The notes under the pieces were generated by a model. The model was not told where the DNA came from. It was given only the letters and a program-made list of their open reading frames with translations, and made no database searches. The position numbers and the translations under genes are program-made. A DNA stretch of 58,099 bases from IMG/VR virus record IMGVR_UViG_3300042691_010759; one strand, 5' to 3'. The stretch's first letter is position 1; every line of letters starts with the position of its first letter. Shown one piece after another: positions 1 through 9,300 of the stretch. Source of the stretch: an uncultured virus (IMG/VR IMGVR_UViG_3300042691_010759) (taxonomy: Duplodnaviria; Heunggongvirae; Uroviricota; Caudoviricetes).

Positions 1-3000
1 TGTAGTAAGAGACTTTTTAATGAACGCAATTAAATCACGCATTTCACCTTGAAGAATTTCTGTACCATTCTCAATTCTAGAGGTCCAGTTCATCTCCTTT
101 AACAGCTTTTCTTTTTGAAATTGTGTTAGTCTTTCAATACTGTTTTCATATTTCTTAAGTAGCTTATATCTATTTGATTCTCCTTCTTTATCTTGAACAG
201 CATCCCAGGCTTTGATACGTACATTAATATCTGTTTCATCAGACATAAAATCTGTAGGTACTCCTGCTTCCATTAAACCATCTTCAATAAGCTTTCTTAG
301 CTGGGTTGAGAAGATAACTTTACCTTTAGATTCACTATGAATGTTAAGCTGATTTTTCAAGAATTCTAAATGAATAGTGTTCTTTGTAAAAGGCTCGGTT
401 AATTCTAATGTCCTATTCTCCTTATAAAGAGTATCTGCACCACTAGCTTTACTAATAGTACTCACCTTAGATCCTGACTCAAACGTCAAATACTTAATAC
501 CTTCTTTGAGCATTTTCTTATGAAGAGCTTCTGCATTTTTATTCTTAACTACAGATGGTATTAAAGGCATGAGTGAATACTTATGGAAAGCCATAAGATT
601 TAATCTATTACTATGTGATAGCGGTCCCCAATATTGTGCTTTAATTACAGGGAAGAACTCTTTAACTTGAGCAGGTGATATGCGCTCTCCTTTAACAATC
701 TTTCTGAATAAAGCTTCTTGTGTATCGGACCAATCTCCTTCTGCAACTTTTAATTCACGGTATGCATCAAATGTAATTAAACCTTGAGCATCTGCTTCAG
801 TCATTTTTTCATAAGGTCCAACAGCATCTTCACCAAGTTGTGCTAGATAACTATCGTAATAAGCCGATTTCATATTCTGATCTTTTACTACAGCTGTAGC
901 AAAAGTTCCATCAAATAATGATTGAGCAATACCGTCTTCTTCTGGTAATGATTTAGCATAACTTGTCTCCCATAAACGTCTATTGATATAGTTTTGCATT
1001 GCAGAATCCGTTCTATAAATAGTACCGGTAGATCCAGCTCCCGCATTTCGCTTATGAAATTCTTCTTTTACATGATTATACAATGCTAAATCCCCATAGA
1101 ACATAGCTAATGATTCAATATTATGTATCCAGTTGTTATATACATATGATTTTACTAAAGCATCTTTAGCTGAAGATAGCGTCATTGTAACACCTTCTGC
1201 TTTACCTTCTTGAATAATCTGCTCTGTAATAGTTGATGTAGCAAAATCATATTCCTTATATAACTTAGAAACTTCTTGATACTCGCTATCAAAATAACTA
1301 GTAAGAGAATCATAAATAGATTTTCTTAATCTCTCATTACTATTAATAGTATCTTCAATATCAAGAGTACCGTTTGCTAAGTTTAAAAGTAGAGTTCTAG
1401 TTTCTGGCAATAGTACATCATCAAAAGCTGAAAAGTCACCTCCTTGCTTTAAATACTTGAAATCATAAGTTTCAGGATCCATAGTTTTTAAGATCCGTAT
1501 TCTTTTAATTTCAGCTATAAGATGTGGAGTAAGTGAATCAAACAACTTTTTATTATACGCACTAGAAGGCCCTGCAAATAAATGAGCCGGAATATAATGC
1601 CTATTATTACCTCCGCGTATAGGTCCATCTACAACAACACTATAAGATGTACCCTTATCAGCATGTCTCATTAATTCTGGAGTACCCGCAAAAGATAAGT
1701 GTAAATCTAATATTAGTTTAGTTGCTTCATCCGCATTTGCAGATGCAATACCATTTGCTGAAGAATCATCAGCTTCTTTAAGAAGAGCTCCGGAAAGATT
1801 TGTTAATCGCAGTTCTACTAGATCACCATTATCCTTTAATCTTCTTTCTCCATATTTAGGATCGGTTTGCGGAACATCTAAATTAAATATAGACTTAAGC
1901 CAAACTGAAGCTTCTGCAAAAGGATTATAGTTTGGATTTGGTGAACCATCTGGTAAAGTTTCTCTAATATCCAAATAAGACATATGTCTTTGAGAAATTA
2001 AAGACATATAGTTATCCGCATTATTAATTGCATTGACAATTACAGTCAAAGTATTATTTAGTGAATGTTCATACTGAGAGTTACCTTCAGCATTTGTCAC
2101 CATAAAGTTTGATATTAGATCAGAATATCTTGCCTCAAGAATTTGAAGAGCTTTAAATCTATTAGATTGATTTTCTGTTATCTGATCTAAATTTCTTACT
2201 TTAACTAGAAATCCTTTTCTATCTTTTTTTGTAAGCAACTTTTCAAGTTCTTTCCTAAAATAATTTGCACCAAATCTTCTAGGATTAGAAGAGATTTCAT
2301 TTCGTATTTCCTGAGCATCAGTAAGATTAAACCCAATTGCTTTGTAAAATTCAAAAGCATTTTGATTTATTGTGCTAGCAGGAAAATCATCTAATACAGC
2401 TTGGATATCTAGATAAGGACCATTCTTGTCACTTAGTATATATTTTGACTCGCCTGGACGTGTAGCCATAAACTGATTATTCCATCTTCTACCAATGGCA
2501 TAATCAGCATTAAATGCTTCACCAACTTTAGAAGTATATTCAGTTCCTTCTCCACTAACAGATCTTGTTACTGTTAATTGGATAAGTGGAATACGTGTTT
2601 TATTAAAAGCCTGCCAAAAGTTAGTCCACATTTCCATTTGTGGCTTCTTGATATTCTCATCATAAAGAGGCCCAAGTCTATCTAAAATTTGACGTACTGG
2701 AGGATAACTTGCAGACTCTTTGATAAGTCTATTATACATATCATCAATGCTACTAGAATTTTGAGTTACTCTAGCCACTCTGTTCCATACTGCTTGAAAC
2801 TCTTCTAATTCAGGAACACCAAATCTATTTAGCTTTCTAGTGATGCCATCTTCTTCTGTTTTCTGAAGTGTTTTAAATAAGTATAGTATTTCAGTTTTAG
2901 CAAGCTCTTTAAGTGATGTTTCTGTACCAGCTCTATTATACCCTTCCCGGCCTTTCATGAAAGTGTCCTCTTCATTCATGTTTTCAAAATCAAGAACTAC

Positions 3001-6000
3001 TTCCGCGTCAGAGAATAGTTTTGATTTAAACATGTGATTAGCAATAACACCTCTGATCTTTTCACCAGGTTTAGGCATCTGTTCTTTCAGTTCTAACAGA
3101 TTTCCATCAGCATCTTTTTTACCAAATTCATTAAGTGCAAATCCAATTAGTTCAAGATCTTTACCTATAAGATCTTTCTTTAAACTATCTGGTTCATTGT
3201 CATAAAGTTCTTTATAGTTATCGTAGATCTTTTTTAACCTATACTGCACATATTTATATGCTTCCAAGCGTACAGAATCTTTCTTAACTATATCTCTTGT
3301 TGCTGTATAACTTGCTTTGCTTTTCAACTCTTCCATGCGCAAGTTATCAGCTTGGATTAAAGCTTCTCTTTCTGCTCTAGGAATTCTTTTATAATAGTCT
3401 CCGGCAAATTGGGATTTGAGAACTGCTAATTCATTTTGTTCTTTAATTGATAAACCGCTGTTAACGGCATCAATGAACTCTGCAAATAAAGAATCAATAG
3501 TCTCATTGATACGTTGCGTATCTTCATTATTGATTTGATTTACACCATTTCTATTTTCTAAAGCTAGGATCCCACTCTGAAGTTCCCCAAACATCATATT
3601 GTCTGCGCTAAAGTTATACTCATAGAGATCACCAACACGCAACTTTTCAAAAAGCTCATTTATTTTTTGATCAGCTTTTTCATTAAGCATTATAGAGTAT
3701 TCAGAAGTACCTTCATTAAATAGCATCTTTAAGAAGTTCCATATCTTTTGGAAGATGTTATTCTTAACTGGTTCATTCTTGGTCGGCTTCTGACCTTTAA
3801 GCATAAACTGACGGAATTCTTCAGCAAGCCATTCCTCAATCTCCATAAATGAAGCATCTGCAAATTTTACAGTTCTTCCTTCAAATGTTTTGAAACTTCC
3901 TTTTTTACTCCTTACTTCTTGATATAGGGATTTCTTTTGATCAATAGACATGAATGCCTGGGTAAACCCATGCCACGCTTCATGATAAAGATCTGAATAA
4001 TCAGCACCTTTGAATAAAGTAATTCCGCTAATAGCCCAGCTAGCTACAGCTTTTGGATTCCTTGTATTAATAGCACGGAAAGCCTCCTTAAATGGAAGAA
4101 GGTTATTCATGTAAATTTCTTCTCCTGTCTTTGGATCTTTCCACTTAAGATTTTCATACCAGGTTTTAGCTTCACGTATTTGTTCTGCAGTTGCTGATAA
4201 TTCTTTTTCTTTAACATCCAATATTTTGTAAAGCTCATCATCACTTAAATTACGAGCATTATTTAGAAAGTCATCAGGATCTTCTTGAGTATTAGGTTCT
4301 GATGATGGTACATTTTGAGAACGTGTAACAATAGGATCCGGAGTTGTATTATTTCTTTCTTGTACAGTATCTGGATACAACTGATTGTTACCCTTGTCTG
4401 TTAATTCAAAAGTAAAATAAGAATTCAGTTTTACAAATTTACCTTGAGAATTGACATCAGCTGAAGAATAAAAATTATCAATTAAAAATTGATGATAAGA
4501 CATACGTTCTGTTGTTAATACAAAAGAACCATCATCTTGCTTATTTAAAACAGGCATATCAAACATATCCTGTTCTACTAACTGATTATCAATAGCAATT
4601 TTAGTTTGTCCTAGTACCCATAGTTTACCACTTGGTAATCTAAGAATGTTATTTGGCCGGGCTCCTTCTATTGAAGAAACAATAGTTCTACCATTTACTT
4701 GACTTTGTGTAATTTCATTTTGAGGAGTAAGTAATGTAAAGTAATCTAATATTTTTTGCCTAGCCTGTGCAAGTTCTTCAGGAGTGTTTGTAGAAAGTCT
4801 TTTTCCTTGTAGAATGATTTTATGATTTAGTAGTCCTCCACTTTCTCCTTCTTTAAGTTCTGCTAAAGTCAAACGTTCTGCAGTCTGATTTAAAAAAGTA
4901 CTTAAGAATTTTTTTCTTTGACTATAAGCCAAATCATTTCCAAACTCATCTCTAATATTACCAAGTATAAGGTCTAGTAACAAATCTCTATTTGTAAACT
5001 CATCCTTACTTGTAATTACATTTTTACCAATGGTCGGGCGTTCAACTTGCAATGGTTGACCATAAGTACCTTCCGGAAAGAAATAACTATGTCCTTCAAC
5101 CATGCCAATACCTAAACTTACATCTTCTGGTTTTGCTACTTTAAATTTGAATTGTTCATTAGCATTCTTAAGAGGATTTCTAAACTTAATTACATCGGTT
5201 TCTATAAAGCCCATACTTCCCCCTGTGATAGCTAATTCAACAGTATTAGTTGTTTTATCTTTAGCTATATGTCTACGAATATCATTTAAAGAAGTAATCT
5301 CATTCTTAAACTTTTCAATAGCGGCAGCTTCTGAAATTTTTAATGTTCTCTTTAAGGAATTGATTCTTTCTTTATCATCCGCAGTAAAGCTATCTGTTCC
5401 TTTAAAAGAACCATCTCCATTAAAGTATCTATCTGTGGAACGCATTTTATAATATGCAATCTTACCTGTCCCTAGTGTAGGAACGCCATCTTGATCAAAT
5501 TCAAATGGATCTCCAGAAGCATCTGTTAAAACAAGTAAGACTCCTTTCCTATCAGGATCTTTTGATAAGTCAATATCATCACCTACTCTATCTTCAATTT
5601 GTGATATAGACATTGCGGTTAAATAGACTTTTCCAAAACCATAAAAATCAAAGTTTGGATCAGCACTATTAAATCCAGAAGATGTCTGCTTTTTGAGTTC
5701 TTGAATTAAATTACGTTTAACCTTATAAAGGAAAGCTGTATTCCCAGTAAAGGGAATATTTCTATTAGGATCATTTTTACCATAAGGAGCTTCTAAACTC
5801 ATATCAGAAAACATAGTTGGAGCAAAAGCATGCCATGCTTTATCAAAGAAACCTTTTACCCTTCTAATAATGTTTCTTACTATATTTTCTCCTCCTGTAG
5901 TTGGAGGTGGTGTACCTGCAGGATCTTCAGATTCTGGTTCTCCTTCATCTACTTCAGGATCACTAGTATTATCTGTAACATCGGCTAAACCATCTGCTAC

Positions 6001-6357
6001 GTCTTGCAATCTTCTGATACCCAATTCTTGTTTAGTATTCTCTAATCCGGAAACTTCATCACTTGTTCTAATAATAATCTCATCCAAAGCATCTCTAGAA
6101 AATCCTTGATCTCTAAGTTTATTTTTAATCTCAAGACTTCTTGATGCAAATTGGTCAATCCAAATTGGAACTAATCGTGCATAATCTAAAGCCTTAGCTT
6201 CATTATTATCAGACACATCCATTACCTTGTCATAGATTTTTTTCATATAATCTTTGACATCAAAAGCTTGCCCTGTTGCTAAAGCTTCTTTTAAATCTTT
6301 AGCAACCTTCTTTCCAAAATTGATTTGTTGCTCTTGGCCAATTGAACATCTTAACAT
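1..6357 (-). CDS. Giant virion-packaged RNA polymerase (crAss-type vRNAP) with zincin domain, 3'-partial (>2119 aa)
   Basis: Not in the ORF track. ATG at 6357 (MLRCSIGQEQQINFGKKVAKD...) lies 1 nt after the stop of the upstream gene. Spot translations in the same frame give HEAWH...EEWLAEEF (3984-3814) and MTEADAQGLITFDAYRE...FHKYSLMPLIP...LTFESGSKV...FSTQLRKLI (~800-290), which resembles the first double-psi barrel region of crAss vRNAPs. The catalytic DxDxD was not seen and is presumed beyond the window. Not every codon was checked. Confidence 0.85.
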   Translation of the reverse strand, partial: MLRCSIGQEQQINFGKKVAKDLKEALATGQAFDVKDYMKKIYDKVMDVSDNNEAKALDYARLVPIWIDQFASRSLEIKNKLRDQGFSRDALDEIIIRTSDEVSGLENTKQELGIRRLQDVADGLADVTDNTSDPEVDEGEPESEDPAGTPPPTTGGENIVRNIIRRVKGFFDKAWHAFAPTMFSDMSLEAPYGKNDPNRNIPFTGNTAFLYKVKRNLIQELKKQTSSGFNSADPNFDFYGFGKVYLTAMSISQIEDRVGDDIDLSKDPDRKGVLLVLTDASGDPFEFDQDGVPTLGTGKIAYYKMRSTDRYFNGDGSFKGTDSFTADDKERINSLKRTLKISEAAAIEKFKNEITSLNDIRRHIAKDKTTNTVELAITGGSMGFIETDVIKFRNPLKNANEQFKFKVAKPEDVSLGIGMVEGHSYFFPEGTYGQPLQVERPTIGKNVITSKDEFTNRDLLLDLILGNIRDEFGNDLAYSQRKKFLSTFLNQTAERLTLAELKEGESGGLLNHKIILQGKRLSTNTPEELAQARQKILDYFTLLTPQNEITQSQVNGRTIVSSIEGARPNNILRLPSGKLWVLGQTKIAIDNQLVEQDMFDMPVLNKQDDGSFVLTTERMSYHQFLIDNFYSSADVNSQGKFVKLNSYFTFELTDKGNNQLYPDTVQERNNTTPDPIVTRSQNVPSSEPNTQEDPDDFLNNARNLSDDELYKILDVKEKELSATAEQIREAKTWYENLKWKDPKTGEEIYMNNLLPFKEAFRAINTRNPKAVASWAISGITLFKGADYSDLYHEAWHGFTQAFMSIDQKKSLYQEVRSKKGSFKTFEGRTVKFADASFMEIEEWLAEEFRQFMLKGQKPTKNEPVKNNIFQKIWNFLKMLFNEGTSEYSIMLNEKADQKINELFEKLRVGDLYEYNFSADNMMFGELQSGILALENRNGVNQINNEDTQRINETIDSLFAEFIDAVNSGLSIKEQNELAVLKSQFAGDYYKRIPRAEREALIQADNLRMEELKSKASYTATRDIVKKDSVRLEAYKYVQYRLKKIYDNYKELYDNEPDSLKKDLIGKDLELIGFALNEFGKKDADGNLLELKEQMPKPGEKIRGVIANHMFKSKLFSDAEVVLDFENMNEEDTFMKGREGYNRAGTETSLKELAKTEILYLFKTLQKTEEDGITRKLNRFGVPELEEFQAVWNRVARVTQNSSSIDDMYNRLIKESASYPPVRQILDRLGPLYDENIKKPQMEMWTNFWQAFNKTRIPLIQLTVTRSVSGEGTEYTSKVGEAFNADYAIGRRWNNQFMATRPGESKYILSDKNGPYLDIQAVLDDFPASTINQNAFEFYKAIGFNLTDAQEIRNEISSNPRRFGANYFRKELEKLLTKKDRKGFLVKVRNLDQITENQSNRFKALQILEARYSDLISNFMVTNAEGNSQYEHSLNNTLTVIVNAINNADNYMSLISQRHMSYLDIRETLPDGSPNPNYNPFAEASVWLKSIFNLDVPQTDPKYGERRLKDNGDLVELRLTNLSGALLKEADDSSANGIASANADEATKLILDLHLSFAGTPELMRHADKGTSYSVVVDGPIRGGNNRHYIPAHLFAGPSSAYNKKLFDSLTPHLIAEIKRIRILKTMDPETYDFKYLKQGGDFSAFDDVLLPETRTLLLNLANGTLDIEDTINSNERLRKSIYDSLTSYFDSEYQEVSKLYKEYDFATSTITEQIIQEGKAEGVTMTLSSAKDALVKSYVYNNWIHNIESLAMFYGDLALYNHVKEEFHKRNAGAGSTGTIYRTDSAMQNYINRRLWETSYAKSLPEEDGIAQSLFDGTFATAVVKDQNMKSAYYDSYLAQLGEDAVGPYEKMTEADAQGLITFDAYRELKVAEGDWSDTQEALFRKIVKGERISPAQVKEFFPVIKAQYWGPLSHSNRLNLMAFHKYSLMPLIPSVVKNKNAEALHKKMLKEGIKYLTFESGSKVSTISKASGADTLYKENRTLELTEPFTKNTIHLEFLKNQLNIHSESKGKVIFSTQLRKLIEDGLMEAGVPTDFMSDETDINVRIKAWDAVQDKEGESNRYKLLKKYENSIERLTQFQKEKLLKEMNWTSRIENGTEILQGEMRDLIAFIKKSLTT

Positions 6358-6358
6358 C

Positions 6359-9300
6359 TTAACAAATATTTATATCATCTTCCCAATTATCAGAATCTGC
6401 ATCATCTGCGTTTAAAACAGAATCAACAATATCCGGATCTGTAATTACATCATTAGCAGTTGTAATAGTATCATTAGATACTTCCTGGTCTTCCTCATTT
6501 ACTTCTTGAACATCATCAAGTGGTGTATTTCGCAAAGCGTCACTGTCTTTAAATAAGACTTTGTCTGACATCTCATCTTCAGTTATGTATTCTTCAACAG
6601 TCATATCATCAAGATGTTGTACAGTAATAAATCTACCTGTGCTATCTTTAGATGTTACACGGGCAGGCGTTTCATTACCATCATTTAAAATAAGTATATC
6701 TCCTTCTGCTATCTCATCAAAGTTAATAGAAATTGCCAATTGTTCCTTCCTTGCTTGAATTAAATTTTCAATTTCAGTTCCCGTATATCCGGCTGCAGTT
6801 CTCAACAAAGGATTAGTTTGAAGTTCTACTAATAATTGAGATCTAATTTCCATAAGCTCTCCATAACTTTGTGCATTATCTATTTCAGTCTGAACTCTTT
6901 CTCGTATCTCTTGTCTCTGCTGAGCTAACTCTTCACGCGCCGCTTGCTGATCAGCTAATTCAATTTCAGTTCTTTCTGCTTTAGTTAATCCCTGATATGA
7001 AATTCTCCAAGCTTCTCCAGCTGACATTAGTCTAATTTCACTTTGTGTATATCCTAATGTTCTTAGTTTAGCTTTAACTTCTCTGGTTTTAATAGTAGGG
7101 ATACTTGCCGCTGAATCAACAATGTACTTATTGATTAAACCACCCCAATCTTTTTCCGGATTACCAGGATCTGTTGTTTGGAATATAGCTTGCTCTCTAT
7201 CACTAAGAACTTCTCTATTTTTAATTTTCTCAGCAATAGTGATAATGCGCACTCTTGATACGACATTATTATCAGTAAAGTTATTCCATTCTTGATCTGT
7301 AACATCTTCTTTTGATGTAGCCGGTCTTGTAGCTTGTGCTGTACCAGGTGTTGCTCCAGTTCTATTATACTGCTTGATTAAATCTTCTTTCTTTTTCCAC
7401 ATTGGACTTTTCAGATACATTGCAAATTCATCAGATTCAAAAAGCTCATCTCTTGTTTTATCTGCATAGTTTTCATCTAAAGCGTCATTGCCTCTAGCTT
7501 CTCTATCAGTATTCTCTTTAATATAAGCATCCATAATAGCATTAGCCAATGTTGGATGCTTTGTACGTAAATCTGTTATTGAAATTTGATTTGTTACATT
7601 AGCTACTTGAGGCGCTTCTTCAGTAGTTTCTTCAGCCTTTCTAGCAATTGGAGATAATGAAGTATACATTGAATCCAACTTTGCAGCAATAGCATCCATA
7701 GCAGCATTTAATACTGTACCATTAGGTGTAGTTCCTAATAGTTTACGCATTTGACGAAGAACTTTTTGAATAAAAGTTTTCCAAGAATTCTGAGATTTAT
7801 TATCCTGTTTAGATGTAACAGTACCTAAAAACTTTTGGAATCTTTCATTGGCCATTGCTTCAGCAACAAATCCGTTTACATTAGCAAAACCTTCAAAGCC
7901 TCTTTTAGAAGGATCCACCATTGCACGTTTTTCATCATCTGTAAGTTTGTCATATGCCTCTCGCGCTTCATTCATAAGCGCTGTCATTTCCTTATTAAAT
8001 CCAGCATCTTTTTCTAAAGCTTCAGCTGCTCTTCTATGCATCTCTTGCTTAAGAATAACTTGCTCTAAGGCCGCACCTTCAAGTCCCTGCTTGTAATCAT
8101 TTGAACTCCATCGTGCATCAATAACTGTTTGCGTTGTTTCACTATAGCTACCAGGTTGAGTTGAGTTATTGACAAAAGATACGGTTTCTTTTTTATCAGC
8201 AATTTCCATAAGTTTCTTAGCTAATTCCTTTTCTCTAGAAGTAGCATATTGACTTTTTGAAATAGCATCTAATACTTGAATTAATGGGACCTTTGTTTCC
8301 GGTGCATTAACATCAAACCCAAATTGCTTAGCGTAATCGCTATAAGTCCTTTTGTCATTTTTAAGTTTAGATCTACCTACTTGAGTATATGGATCAGACA
8401 TTACCTTACCAATATCAATATTAGATATTACAGGCACGTATTTTTTAAGTACTTCAATAGCTTTTTCATAATCATCTGAATCCGCCGGTACTTCTAATTT
8501 AGAATCACTTTGCTCATTTACATAATAAAATACATCAGGAATCTTACCTTCTTCCTTAAGAGCAACAAGATCTTTAACATCAAAGAACATACCTGCTTCA
8601 TAAAGGTCATTAAGCATATCATTAGTATCTATCATTTTAAGATATTCTTCTAATGACTTTTTGATTTCTGCTTTTCTATTCTGATATACTTGATACCGCA
8701 ATTCTTTTATTCTATCAAAACGCCTTTTAAAATTTTGAGGATCTAACAAACCATTAACAGCATCATTTGCTTTAAATGATCTATCTTTAAGTAAATGATA
8801 ATCTATCATTTCACGGAAAGTTGTTTCCATACTTTGAGTATTTATATACTCACCATTTACTTTTCCTAAGTACTGGGTATAATTATCAAATGATTGTCTA
8901 ATAGCATCATAATCTTCTTCCGTGAACTTTCCTCCTGGTTGTAGATTAGTAATACCTTTTTGAATTGCTTCAGTAAAAGCGTTTAATTTATCATAACGCT
9001 GCTTTTTATCAGACAAAAATCTTTTTTGTTCTTTATCAACAGGTTCTCCTGGAAAAGCATCAATTTCTGTTTTTAATACATCTAACTCTGAAGAAGCGCT
9101 TTTTATATCAAATAGAACATTAAATTGAGAATAAGGCGTGTTTTTTAAACCAGATACATCTTTTGCTTTTTCTAATATACTTTCTTGGCGAGCCAAAGAT
9201 CTATCAAAGCTGTATTGATTAAACACCATTTCTTCAATAGCAGAATCCCATGCTTGTGCACCTATACTTTCTTCCAGCCATTGTTGACTCATATACTTAT

